Positions 25,624-36,200 of a stretch of 46,963 bases of DNA are shown one piece after another. This DNA comes from Myxococcota bacterium (GTDB lineage: Bacteria > Myxococcota > UBA4151): positions 1 through 46,963 of the forward strand of contig JAYZBQ010000039.1 in the NCBI GenBank assembly GCA_036338695.1. The letters are read 5' to 3'. The translations under genes and the position numbers were made by a program. The notes below the pieces were generated by a model. It was given only the letters and a program-made list of their open reading frames with translations, was not told where the DNA came from and ran no database searches. Numbering within the stretch: the first letter of the stretch is position 1; the number at the start of each line of letters is the position of its first letter.

Positions 25624-28149
25624 ATGATCCATGTCGATGAGCGTGGAACGCTTGATGAAGGAACAGCTGACTCGTTGGTGCGCCGACTACTGCGTGCGGG
25701 CGCTCACGGGCGACTCAGCCTCGACGTCGGCGGTTTGACCTGTACGGTCGATTTTGAACCTGGCCGCGTCGAAAGCGTTGCAGCCGGTGAGCTGACGGGC
25801 GCAGAGGCGCTGCTCCGCATCGCTGCGCTGGCGGCGGGAGAGTGGACGTTCAAAGAGGCGGGTCCTCAGCAAGAGGCGGACCTCGATAACGAGACCCTTC
25901 GCATGTTGAGTGACCTAGATCGGCAGCTTGCTCGCTGGATGCGCTACGTTCGCCGGCTCGGTGGGTTGAGCAGTGTGCTCGCCGTCGACGAGCAGGCACT
26001 CAGCGACAGCGGCTTACCCGCCGAGCTCAAGCCCTTTGCGCTCGAGTTCGACGGTGAGCGGACCGTGCTCCAGCGGATCCTCGCTGACTCCATGAACGAC
26101 CTGACCTCGTTGCGTCTAACGAGCAAGCTGGTCGAACAAGGGGTCCTCGTAGATCCAGCGACCTTGAAGAAGCCAGACTCGGGGAGCGCCGAGGCGGTCG
26201 CTGCGAGCTGGCTTGACGGCAACTCAGGGGTCTTCAAGATCCCCGATCTCGGTGAGGACGACTCGCCCGAAGCCGCCGGCGACAGCCAACAAAGCGTCGC
26301 CGAAGAGCCGGCGCCAGCGGCGACTGAAGAGGATGTTGCGGATCACTTCGGCGAGCCAACTCAGCTACCGACAGGTGCACCCACGGAATCGACCGACGCG
26401 TCTGAGGAAAGCAGCGACGAAGGTGCGGATGACGCCTCGGATGAGGCGACCGAAGAAGGCGCTGCGGCCGAAGAACCTGCTGCGGATGCGCGTGACGAGG
26501 CGGCTCCGGACGAGGACGCCTCAGGTCACGACGAGGGTGAGGAAGACGAGGCATCGGCTTGGTTTGAAGACGATGGGGACGTTGCAAGCGACGCCTCGTC
26601 ATCGGATGACGAACCGGTGGCGGCGGCGCCGGCTGCAGATCCCTTCTCGCGCTTTGACTCGCCGCGCGATCGCATCATGGCCGAGGTAGGGGAGCCTGAC
26701 AGCGCTGAGGACGATTCGGCGTTGAGCGAGGAAGACTCGGGGCTGGACTACGATTGGTTCGACGCAGGCGGTGACGACCCCCACGACTTTGAGATCGATT
26801 ACCGGAAGAGCAGCAGCACCAAATGGTATGTGATGGCGATCGTCGGATTCTTAGGCCTCGGGGTCTATCTGATGATGAACAGCGAAGCGCCTAAGGCTGC
26901 CTTTAATATTGATGAGCAGCTCACCGAGCTCGACAAGCTGATCGAAGACCGCAGCTGTCATAACGCAAAGGTCAAGATGGACTTCATCAAGTCCAAGGCC
27001 GAGCGCGTGGCGCACAAAGCCGCGGTCCAGCAGCGCGAGGCTCGGCTCAAGAAGTGTCAAAAGGAAGACGCGCGCATGATGCAAGCCAAGGGCTTGGAGC
27101 CGACCGTGTCGGTGACGGGCGGCGACTTCTCGATGGAGACCTCGCAAGATATGGCGGCGCGGGCGATCGCTAATGCGGAGGGGAACGCCGCTATCGCTTT
27201 GGATGAGACCGCTCGATTAGCGACAAAGACCGCTAAAAACTTTGGTCGCTTTGTTGAGTTTGGCGAGCAGATCGCCATCCGCTTGGACGACGTGCGCCGG
27301 ACAAAGCCGGGTGAAGACAACAAGTTCAGCGTGGGGCTCAAGCTCACCATCAAGGCGCGCAAAAAAGAGGTCCAGTACGAGATGGTCTCGATGAAGCTTA
27401 GAGACAACGCCGAAGGGCAGGAGCAGCCGCGCTGGTGGATGAGCAGCGCGAGTGACGGGATGGTCCCGGTGCTCGGCGCCGGCAAACTCAAAAAAGGCAA
27501 GATGATCAGCGGCTGGGTGACCTTCCACGGTCTGGACGACCAGGTGAAATGGCCGAGCCTGAGCTATCACCCGATGTGGGAGCCGAACGCCTTTGCCGCA
27601 GGGCTGGCGGATGACCTGAGCGCTGACTTGAGCTCCATCGGGGGCGACAAGAGCGACGACGCTGAGGCGAAAGAGCAGACGCCTGCGTTGAAAGCACCGC
27701 AAGAGGTCAGCAAGAAGGCGGCGAAGGCTAAGTCGGGCGCCAAGAAGTCGAAAAAGCGCATCGTCAAGAAGGCGGCTCGATCGGACGAGCCCCGCATCGT
27801 GAGCAAAGATCCGCTCGCGAAAGCGCGTCACTACGTGAAGAAGCGAGACAGCCGGCGCGTCCTGTCCGAAGCACGGCGCGTGTTGAAGAAGTCACCCGGC
27901 AACGGAGAGGCGCATTACCTGTTGGGGTGGGCTCAAGTTCAGATGGGCACATTCCAAGCGGCGCGGCAGAGCCTGAGCAAAGCGACCAGCTTGGGCGCTC
28001 CGCCGGATGCTTGGTATAACCTGGGCCTGGCTTACCAGATGCTTGGCGACGACGGCAAAGCGATCAAGGCGCTTCAGCGCTTCGTAGCGCTTGCCCCTGG
28101 GCACAAGAACGCTGCGATGGCTCGAGAGACGCTCGAGGCGCTCGAGTAG
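25624..28149 (+). CDS. Bitopic membrane protein: DUF4388-like N-terminus, long acidic linker, TM helix, periplasmic Ig-like domain, Lys-rich linker, TPR repeats
   Basis: GELTGAEALLRI...GEWTF and EFDGERTV (DUF4388-like); TM WYVMAIVGFLGLGVYLMM; GKMISGWVTF (DUF4352-like); PGNGEAHYLLG, DAWYNLGLAY (TPR). Confidence 0.75.
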   Translation: MIHVDERGTLDEGTADSLVRRLLRAGAHGRLSLDVGGLTCTVDFEPGRVESVAAGELTGAEALLRIAALAAGEWTFKEAGPQQEADLDNETLRMLSDLDRQLARWMRYVRRLGGLSSVLAVDEQALSDSGLPAELKPFALEFDGERTVLQRILADSMNDLTSLRLTSKLVEQGVLVDPATLKKPDSGSAEAVAASWLDGNSGVFKIPDLGEDDSPEAAGDSQQSVAEEPAPAATEEDVADHFGEPTQLPTGAPTESTDASEESSDEGADDASDEATEEGAAAEEPAADARDEAAPDEDASGHDEGEEDEASAWFEDDGDVASDASSSDDEPVAAAPAADPFSRFDSPRDRIMAEVGEPDSAEDDSALSEEDSGLDYDWFDAGGDDPHDFEIDYRKSSSTKWYVMAIVGFLGLGVYLMMNSEAPKAAFNIDEQLTELDKLIEDRSCHNAKVKMDFIKSKAERVAHKAAVQQREARLKKCQKEDARMMQAKGLEPTVSVTGGDFSMETSQDMAARAIANAEGNAAIALDETARLATKTAKNFGRFVEFGEQIAIRLDDVRRTKPGEDNKFSVGLKLTIKARKKEVQYEMVSMKLRDNAEGQEQPRWWMSSASDGMVPVLGAGKLKKGKMISGWVTFHGLDDQVKWPSLSYHPMWEPNAFAAGLADDLSADLSSIGGDKSDDAEAKEQTPALKAPQEVSKKAAKAKSGAKKSKKRIVKKAARSDEPRIVSKDPLAKARHYVKKRDSRRVLSEARRVLKKSPGNGEAHYLLGWAQVQMGTFQAARQSLSKATSLGAPPDAWYNLGLAYQMLGDDGKAIKALQRFVALAPGHKNAAMARETLEALE

Positions 28150-28251
28150 TTCTCAGCGAATAATTTGGCCTGCTCGGTAGGCTGACGTAGACTCCCTCTG
28201 AAGCTGTTCTTGCTTTGGGCCGGTTAGGCCCTCTAAGAGGGGGTACCGTAT

Positions 28252-28935
28252 ATGGGAGTCTTCGTCGTGGCCGAGAAGGGCTGGTTCTGGCGTAAACAAG
28301 GAAGCGTCTTTGGTCCGGTGACCGAAGAGGTCCTGCGCGCTCGAATCTTGGACGGCGAGGTCACTCGCGGCATGCCCGTGCGGCATGACGACGGTGACTG
28401 GATCCCGGTTGAAAAGATCGAGGATTGGGACGTCCTACTCGGTTCAGCGGAGAACCTCCGGGCTCGAGACCGCGAGGCGGCGTTGCGGCGTAGCTTCGGT
28501 ATGGCGGGATTGGTCGCTGTGCTGTGCGTGAGCGCCTGGTCGGTCGCTGGCCAGGTATACCCTCCGGCAGGGAGCGAGCATCTGGTCGCTTCGGGCGTGG
28601 CCAGCGAAAATGTCGAGGTCGACGCCGAGACCGAGGTGCCCGAAGAGCATGGCGGCTTGGGGCGTGAGCGGATTGCGCAGGGCTTCCAAGAGGTGCTGCC
28701 GTTGCTCCAGGGCTGCGCCGAGCGTTTTCAGCTACATGGGGGCGATGTTCCCGAGCAGATGGTGCTGAGCTACATCATCCAGAACAGCGGCGCTGTGACT
28801 GACGTCCTGATCCATCCGAGGTCCGTCGCGTCCTCGCCGATGGGGCGCTGCACGGTCGGCGTGATGAGGCGGCTTGACTATCCGACCTTCGTGGGCAAGG
28901 TGCGCCCCGTGAGCTTCCCGGTCGCCTTCGACTAA
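28252..28935 (+). CDS. GYF_2 (DUF4339) + TM + AgmX/PglI (TonB-C-like) C-terminal domain protein
   Basis: WFWRKQGSVFGPVT...GEVTRGMPVRHDDGDW (GYF_2); one TM; LQGC...YIIQNSGAV...MGRC...VSFPVAF (AgmX/GltJ-type C-terminus). Confidence 0.75.
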   Translation: MGVFVVAEKGWFWRKQGSVFGPVTEEVLRARILDGEVTRGMPVRHDDGDWIPVEKIEDWDVLLGSAENLRARDREAALRRSFGMAGLVAVLCVSAWSVAGQVYPPAGSEHLVASGVASENVEVDAETEVPEEHGGLGRERIAQGFQEVLPLLQGCAERFQLHGGDVPEQMVLSYIIQNSGAVTDVLIHPRSVASSPMGRCTVGVMRRLDYPTFVGKVRPVSFPVAFD

Positions 28936-28994
28936 GGCACGCCCTTCGACACGGTGTCGCAGGCGTTCAACTCTCGGGGCTCACCGGGGGTTTC

Positions 28995-29945
28995 ATGCTT
29001 CGAAAGGCGCTTGAAGAACGTCTGTCCGATCAGTTTACCGCAGTGGATGTTGACCGCCTGGCTGGCTTTGGCCGCCACTACAAAGGCAAGGTCCGCGATA
29101 TGTTCATCGGTGACGATGAGATCATGATGGTCACGAGCGACCGCCTCAGCGCCTTTGACGTGGTGCTGACCTCGATCCCTTGCAAGGGCGCCATCCTCAA
29201 CAGCATCACCGAGGCGGCGTTCCGCGCCACCGAAGACCTCTGCCCGAATCATTTGATCGACCGCCCTCACCCCAACGTGTTGCGGGTCAAGCGCGCCGAC
29301 CCGATCGCCGCAGAGATCATCGTGCGGCGTTACATCACCGGCTCGCTCTGGCGCGCCTATCAGCGCGGCGAAGCCGGCGTCTACGAGGTGCCGTTAGCTG
29401 CGGATCTGCAAGCGGATCAGCGCTTTGAGACGCCGATCATTACGCCTTCGACCAAGGCTGCGGTGGGCGAGCATGACGAACCGATCAGCCGAAGAGGGTT
29501 GGTCGAGGAGGGCTATGTCCCGAAGGCGCTGCTTGATGAAGCGTGCGAGAAGGCGATGCAGCTCTTCTTGCGTGGCGAGGAACTCGCCGCAGCTCAAGGG
29601 TTGATCCTGGTGGATACCAAGTACGAGTTTGGCATGATCGACGGCGAGCTCTGCGTGATCGATGAGATCCACACAGCAGACTCAAGCCGATACTGGGTCG
29701 CTGATGAATACGAGGCGCGTTTCGCTGCGGGTGAGCCCCAACGCATGCTCGACAAAGAGAACATCCGCCAATGGTTGATTGGGCAGGGTTACCAAGGCGA
29801 GGGGACGCCGCCGGAGATCCCAGCGGAGCTGCGCGTAGACCTAGCTATGGTCTACGCCGACCTTCATCATCGCTTGCTCGGGACGCCCTTCGCTGCGGAC
29901 GGGATCGCACCGCCGAGCGAACTCTACGCCGCACTCGGCGTCTAG
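28995..29945 (+). CDS. purC: Phosphoribosylaminoimidazole-succinocarboxamide (SAICAR) synthase
   Basis: YKGKVRD, SDRLSAFDV, ITPSTKA, LILVDTKYEFG, IDEIHTADSSRYW, DKENIRQWL. Confidence 0.96.
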   Translation: MLRKALEERLSDQFTAVDVDRLAGFGRHYKGKVRDMFIGDDEIMMVTSDRLSAFDVVLTSIPCKGAILNSITEAAFRATEDLCPNHLIDRPHPNVLRVKRADPIAAEIIVRRYITGSLWRAYQRGEAGVYEVPLAADLQADQRFETPIITPSTKAAVGEHDEPISRRGLVEEGYVPKALLDEACEKAMQLFLRGEELAAAQGLILVDTKYEFGMIDGELCVIDEIHTADSSRYWVADEYEARFAAGEPQRMLDKENIRQWLIGQGYQGEGTPPEIPAELRVDLAMVYADLHHRLLGTPFAADGIAPPSELYAALGV

Positions 29946-31582
29946 TTCGGAGCGACGCACAGACCCCAGTTGCCGCCGACTTGGTTCTGGCTGAGCTCCG
30001 GGATCGAGCGGCACGTGGTCCCATTTGGACACGGCGCGCCGCCACCTGCCGGCCGACAGATCCCAAGGCACGACTTGGGCTGACCAGCTTGCAGCGCCAG
30101 GCAGACCGAGCCATCGGAGCACTGCGCTGTGTCCTCGCAGTTGCCCCCGATCGCCACACGGTTCATCTCCTGGACGATGCACAAACCCTCTTCGGCTTCC
30201 CAGTTCGCTACCGCGCACATACCCGCAGGGCCGCAGTTGTCCCGGGTTCCCGGATTACAGCGTTGACCTGCCGAGAGGCAGCGCCCCGCCACGCAGGTTG
30301 TTGCGCCCGAGCAGCGCACCGAGCCACGGCTACCCTCGGCGCTGCATGAGCTCACGCAGGTCCCGCGCCGGCGATCGTTGTCAAAGTAACACGTGGCGCC
30401 GCCGACGCATTGGTTGGCGTTGTCGTCTCGGGTCGTCTCGAACAAACAGCTTTGCCCGACTGCCTGGGTCCCACCTTCGATACACAGACCGACCCAGTCG
30501 CCCTCACCGGCTTCCACTTCGATGCACGTGCCGTCATTGGTTCCGTCGGCGTTGCAGGCGCCGCCAAGGCGCCCGTTGTTGACTGAGGCGCGAAAGCCTG
30601 GCCCCACCTCATTGGGTCCACCGCAGAGGTTGTACCAGCAGCGGTTGATCTGCATCTCACAGGTCAGCTCCGAATCACACACTGAGTTGGAGCGGCACGT
30701 TTTGAGGCAGAGCCGATTTTGGTTCGGCAGCGTCGTGCAGGTGAGGTCGCTCGTGCAGTCTGCATCGCCCGTGCAAGAGCCAAACTGACGCACCTTGCAG
30801 CGACCCGACTCGCAGGTGCCTGAGACGGTCGCATTCTGCGCGTCGGTAAAGGCGCAGTCACTGTCCCCGCCGCAGCGGCGACCGACGAGCGATTGACAGG
30901 TCCCGCTGGCTTGACCGGCGCCGACGACACAGACCTGAGGCGCCGTACACTGAGCGTGCGTGCGACACGCGCCGCCACCGACGTCAACGCACTGCCCGTT
31001 TTGGCAAGCCTGACCGACGTTGCAGTCTCGGTCTTGCGTGCAGCTCCCTTCCGCGATGCAGCTGCCGTTTTCGCAGATCTGCCCCGCAGGACAGTCCCGG
31101 TTCCGCAGGCACTCGTCACCGCCGCCCGTGGTGAGGCATTGCCCGTTTCGGCAGCTCTGACCCACGGGACAGTCGTTGTCGCTGCCGCAAGTGCCGTCCC
31201 CGCGTTGGCAGCGACCGTTGCTGCAGACCTCGCCGCGTGCGCAGTCACGATCGGCGTTACACGAGGCGCCTTGTGGCTGACATTGGTTGTCCTCGCAGAT
31301 CTCGCCTGCGGCGCAGTCGCGGATGTCGTCGCAGCTGCGCGACGCATCGACACATTCGTTGTTGGTGCACATTTGACCGTTGCCGCAGTCCGAGTCTGAG
31401 CGACAGCCAGAGCGCTCGAGGCACGAGCCGTTTTGGCACACCTCGCCGGCCGAACATTCGGTGTCGACGACGCAGCTGGTGCCCCCTCGTTGGCTGCCGC
31501 CACCACCGCCTCCTCCTGAGGTCGGCGGTCCGCAAGCTACGGATAAGAGCACAAGGGCGAAACCAAATGACAGTCGAAACAT
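29942..31582 (-). CDS. Cys-rich lipoprotein with tandem CxxDxDCxxGxxCxNGxC repeats
   Basis: Likely start ATG 31582 with GGAGG upstream. LLSVA|C lipobox, poly-Gly linker, 7 clear repeats of about 24 aa plus degenerate ones, then a Cys-rich C-terminal region. Confidence 0.78.
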   Translation of the reverse strand: MFRLSFGFALVLLSVACGPPTSGGGGGGGSQRGGTSCVVDTECSAGEVCQNGSCLERSGCRSDSDCGNGQMCTNNECVDASRSCDDIRDCAAGEICEDNQCQPQGASCNADRDCARGEVCSNGRCQRGDGTCGSDNDCPVGQSCRNGQCLTTGGGDECLRNRDCPAGQICENGSCIAEGSCTQDRDCNVGQACQNGQCVDVGGGACRTHAQCTAPQVCVVGAGQASGTCQSLVGRRCGGDSDCAFTDAQNATVSGTCESGRCKVRQFGSCTGDADCTSDLTCTTLPNQNRLCLKTCRSNSVCDSELTCEMQINRCWYNLCGGPNEVGPGFRASVNNGRLGGACNADGTNDGTCIEVEAGEGDWVGLCIEGGTQAVGQSCLFETTRDDNANQCVGGATCYFDNDRRRGTCVSSCSAEGSRGSVRCSGATTCVAGRCLSAGQRCNPGTRDNCGPAGMCAVANWEAEEGLCIVQEMNRVAIGGNCEDTAQCSDGSVCLALQAGQPKSCLGICRPAGGGAPCPNGTTCRSIPELSQNQVGGNWGLCVAPN

Positions 31583-31642
31583 CGGCGTTCCTCCGCTGAT
31601 AGAGTTAGCTGAGGCGTGTTTCGCTCGCAACGGTCTCTTGCC

Positions 31643-33232
31643 CTAGACCATCTCCATGGTGGCGTCGAAGCGGAGCCCTTCGTGCCGCTCTTGGATGCTG
31701 CGAATCTGAAATTCACCCTTAGCGAGGAAGACCAAGTGCTGGCGCGCATCCTGGGCGAGGTTGCGTGGGTACAGCTTAGTTAGGCTCTGGATCTTCGCCT
31801 CATCGCCGCTGAGCCAGCGTGCGCAGGTAAACTCGACGGGCTCCCAAGAGGCGTCGACCCGGTACTCGTCCCGCAGCCTGTGCGCGACGACCTCAAATTG
31901 CAGCGCGCCGACGGCTCCGACGATCAAGTCACCGCCGAGCTGCAGACGAAACACTTGCGCTGCGCCCTCTTCGCCGAGGTGGGTGAGCCCCTTGTGCAGG
32001 GCTTTGGTCGCAAGCGGGTTCTCGAGACGAACCTTTCGGAAGAGCTCGGGCGCAAAGTGCGGGATCCCGGTGACGCGTAGCGACTCGCCCTCGGTGAAGG
32101 TGTCGCCGACCTGAATCGAGCCTTTGTCGTGAAGCCCGACGATGTCACCGGGATAGGCGGTCTCGACGATCGTTCGGTCTTTCGCCATGAACGTGATCGG
32201 GTTGTGCATGCGCAGATCCTTGCCGGTGCGCACCTGACGCAGCTTCATACCGCGGCTGAACTCGCCGGCGCAGACCCGCATGAACGCGATGCGGTCTCGA
32301 TGCGCTGAGTTCATGTTCGCTTGGATCTTGAAGACGAAGCCCATCACCTTCTTTTCGTCGGGCTCGATCAGGCGCTCGGCGGTCTCGGTCACGCCCGGGG
32401 TGGGGGCGAGCTCCACCAGCGTGTCGAGGAACTCCCGCACCCCAAAATTGTTCAGCGCCGAGCCGAAGAAGACGGGGGTCTGATGCCCCTTGAGGTACGC
32501 GTCGAGATCAAACCGGTCACCCGCCTCGACGACCAGTTCGACCTCTTCTCGCAATTGCTCGGCGGCTTCGGCACCGATCAAGTCATCGAGCTTTGGGTCG
32601 CCGAGCTCGACCCCAACGATCTCCTCGGGCAGCGCGCCGCCGCCACCCTCCGACGGTCGATACAGCTCCAGCTGCCTCCGGTGCAGGTTGTAGACCCCTT
32701 GAAACGACTGCCCACTGCCGATCGGCCAGGTGAAGGGGATGCATCGCAGCCCCATGATGTCCTCGATCTCCTCCATCAGCTCGAGTGGGTCGCGCCCTTC
32801 GCGGTCCATTTTGTTGATGAAGGTCATGATCGGGCTGCGCTGCATCCTGCAGACCTCGAGCAGCTTGATCGTCTGGCTCTGGACCCCACGCGCTGCGTCG
32901 ATCATCATGAGCGCTGAGTCCACGGCGGTCAGGGTGCGGTAGGTGTCCTCGCTGAAGTCTTGGTGACCCGGCGTGTCGAGGAGGTTGACCACGTGCTCAC
33001 CAAAGGGAAACTGCATCACCGAGGTGGTCACCGAGATGCCACGCTCTTGCTCCATTTTCATCCAGTCGGAGGTGGCGTGGCGGTCCGCTTTGCGCGCCCG
33101 AACCGTGCCCGCCATCTGGATGGCGCCACCAAACAGCAGGAGCTTTTCGGTCATCGTCGTTTTGCCGGCGTCCGGGTGCGAGATGATCGCAAAGGTCCGT
33201 CGCCGCGCTCGCTCGGTGTCGATCGCGCTCAT
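31643..33232 (-). CDS. prfC: Peptide chain release factor 3
   Basis: RRRTFAIISHPDAGKTT, SDWMKMEQERGISVT, DTPGHQDFSEDTYR, FKIQANM, GIPHFAPELF. Confidence 0.98.
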   Translation of the reverse strand: MSAIDTERARRRTFAIISHPDAGKTTMTEKLLLFGGAIQMAGTVRARKADRHATSDWMKMEQERGISVTTSVMQFPFGEHVVNLLDTPGHQDFSEDTYRTLTAVDSALMMIDAARGVQSQTIKLLEVCRMQRSPIMTFINKMDREGRDPLELMEEIEDIMGLRCIPFTWPIGSGQSFQGVYNLHRRQLELYRPSEGGGGALPEEIVGVELGDPKLDDLIGAEAAEQLREEVELVVEAGDRFDLDAYLKGHQTPVFFGSALNNFGVREFLDTLVELAPTPGVTETAERLIEPDEKKVMGFVFKIQANMNSAHRDRIAFMRVCAGEFSRGMKLRQVRTGKDLRMHNPITFMAKDRTIVETAYPGDIVGLHDKGSIQVGDTFTEGESLRVTGIPHFAPELFRKVRLENPLATKALHKGLTHLGEEGAAQVFRLQLGGDLIVGAVGALQFEVVAHRLRDEYRVDASWEPVEFTCARWLSGDEAKIQSLTKLYPRNLAQDARQHLVFLAKGEFQIRSIQERHEGLRFDATMEMV

Positions 33233-33299
33233 CCCTGGTCCTCCATCGGCGCACCGATAGCGAGCCAGGCGGTCGACGACTAGCGCAAAGCGTCAGAAC

Positions 33300-36200
33300 C
33301 TAGGGCTCGCGCACCCAGATCTGCCACGCGGCGTTGCTGCCACCGGTGGTCGAGCCGCACTTTCTCGAGCCGTCGTCCTCGCCCCAGTCGGTACCGTCGC
33401 CTTGGTTGTTGTCCATGCCACGGTCATCGAAGTCGATGGTGAAGTCGCTGGTGTCGCTGCAGGAGTCTTCCCCCTCGAGATAGCCTGCGTTCCACTGATC
33501 CCCTGCGTTGCGCGTCTGCCCGTTCAGGTTGTTTCGACGTCTCGGCGTTGGCTGCGTGTCGCCGTTTCCATTGGTCTCCTCAAAGCAGACGTTGGCGTCG
33601 CTACGAGACGCGGTCAGCTCTCGGTACCAGCCGATGTTGTAGAAGCTTAAATCGACCGTTTGACTGTTGGCGTTGCGGTCCAGCTTGCAGGTGAAGCGGA
33701 TGTCCGATGCGCCATTGATGGCGGCGCGCATACCCTCCCAGATCCCCTCATGTGCTGAGGACGGTGCGCGGCTTGCGAGGTCGGTGTAGTAGGCAGAGCC
33801 TTGATCGTTGAGCGTGGTGCCACGCGTGCTCGCGACCAAGCTCCAGCCGCCCCCGTCGGTGGTCATGTCGCAATAGACCTGGCGCGCATCGTCGGTGCTC
33901 CCGCCGTTGGGATCAAGCCAATAGGTCCGGCTGGGTGCGCCCGGACGAGCGGTGAGCAGGGCTTTGCAGGTGCGCGCCGGCGCCCCTTGGACCTCACCGA
34001 GGTACCAGGTGCAGTCGTTTCGGCAGGCGTCGTCGTTGTTCTGGTTGCCGTCGTCGCAGGCTTCGACCCCAGCCTGGACCTGCCCATCACCGCAGGACGC
34101 TGCGGAGCAGTCGTTCAGGCAGGCGTCGGTCTGCACCTGGTTGCCGTCATCGCACGCTTCTTCGCCAGCGTAGACCTGTCCATCGCCGCACGACGCGACG
34201 GTGCAATCGTTGAGGCAGGCGTCGGTTTGGACCTCGTTGCCATCGTCGCAACCTTCAACGTTTTCGTGAACGAAGCTGTCACCGCATGATGCGACCGTGC
34301 AGTTGTTCAAGCACGCGTCCGTTTGCACCTCGTTGGCGTCGTCACAGCCCTCCACGCCGTCTTGCACCAGCCCGTCGCCGCAGCTCGCCGCTGCGCAGTT
34401 GTTGAGGCACGCGTCGGTCTGCAGCTGGTTACCATCGTCACACTCTTCGACGCCGATGCGCACCATGCCGTCGCCGCACCGCGCCGCGGCGCAGGTGTTC
34501 AGGCACGCGTCCCCGTTGTCCTCATTGCCGTCATCGCAGGCTTCAAAGCCTTCTTGGCCTTGGGCGATGTCCTCTCGCGTGATCCCATCGCCGCAGCGCG
34601 CCCGCTCACAGACGTTCGAGCAGGCGTCCGTGTTGACTCGGTTTCCGTCGTCGCAAGCCTCACCGGGTTGGCGCAGCCCGTCGCCACAGCGCGCGGCGCG
34701 GCAGCCGTTCGAGCAGGCGTCAAAATCGTCGGCGTTGCCGTCGTCGCATTCCTCACCAGGACCGCGGACGCCGTCGCCGCAGCGCGCCACCTCGCAGGTG
34801 TTTCGGCAGGTGTCGTTGTCGACCTGGTTGCCGTCATCGCACTCTTCTTGCCCCACATAGACCACGCCATCGCCGCAGCGTGCGGTGAGGCACTGCGCCG
34901 TGCAGGCGTCGCGATCGATCAGGTTACCGTCATCACAGCCCTCATAGCCCGGCGCGCCCTCCGCCAAGTCCTCTCGAACGATCCCGTCGCCGCAGCGGGC
35001 TTGGCGGCACTGCGCCGTGCACGCGTCGGTGTCGACTTGGTTGCCGTCGTCACACGCCTCGACCCCCCTCTGGACGATCTGGTCGCCGCAGCGGGCGCCT
35101 CGACATGCGTTGGTGCAGGCGTCGTCGTTGAGCCGGTTGCCGTCATCGCACTCCTCCTCGCCGCTGACGATCCCGTCACCGCAGCGCGCCGCCACGCAGC
35201 GGTTGGAGCAAGCGTCCGTGTCCACTCGGTTGCCGTCGTCGCAGTCTTCACGGCCCGCCCAGAGGTGTCCGTCGCCGCAGCGGGCGAGGCGACAGCCTGC
35301 GGTGCAGGCGTCCGTATCGGACTCGTTGCCGTCATCGCACTCCTCCTCGCCGCGCCGCAAAATACCGTCGCCGCAGCGCGCCACCACGCAGCCAGAGGTG
35401 CAGCTGTCCGAGTCGATCTGGTTGCCGTCATCGCAGGCCTCACCCTCGTCGATCCGGCCGTTGCCGCAGCGCTCAAGGCCGCAGTCCGAGGAGCAGCCGT
35501 CGCCCTCGATGTCGTTGCCGTCGTCGCACTCTTCAAAGCCTGCCTGACCGGGCTCGATGTCGCGCCGCAAGATCGCGTCGCCGCAGCGCGCCACGACGCA
35601 GCCACGCGTGCAGGCGTCTCGGTCATCGGCGTTGCCGTCGTCGCAGTCTTCGACGCCCGTGTAGACGACGCCGTCGCCACAGCGCGCCGGGGCGCAGGTG
35701 CTCAGGCAGCTGTCGTCATCGTCCGTGTTGCCGTCGTCGCACTGCTCGTTCTCCTGCACCACGCCATCGCCGCAGCTCGCCGGCGTGCAGTCGGCGCAAC
35801 CGTCGGTGGGGTCCTCATTGCCGTCGTCACAGCCCTCGCCGACCGAGACGACGCCGTCACCGCAGCGCGGCTCGAGGCAGTTGCTCAGGCAGCTGTCGCT
35901 GTCGTCTTCGTTGCCATCATCGCAGGCTTCATAGCCCCGTTGATCCACCTCAAGGTCGGTGCGTGCGACGCCGTCGCCGCAGCGGGCGACCTGGCAGTTG
36001 GTGCGACACTCGTCAAAGTCGTCGGAGTTGCCGTCATCGCAGAACTCGTAGCCCTCGTCGCCTTCGCTCAAGTCCGTCCGCAGCACGCCGTCACCGCAGA
36101 CCGCCACGCGACACTGGCTGGTGCAGGCGTCCTCGTCGTTCGTGTTGGAGTCGTCGCAGCCTTCGTACCCTGGCTCGCCCTCTGCTAGGTCGCTGCGCAG

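Noticed and set aside
28210..28241. TTGCTT-N18-TAAGAG promoter-like element and a CCCTC-TAA-GAGGG hairpin over the putative ribosome-binding site
   Set aside because: Weak -10 match and only a 5-bp stem; not distinguishable from chance
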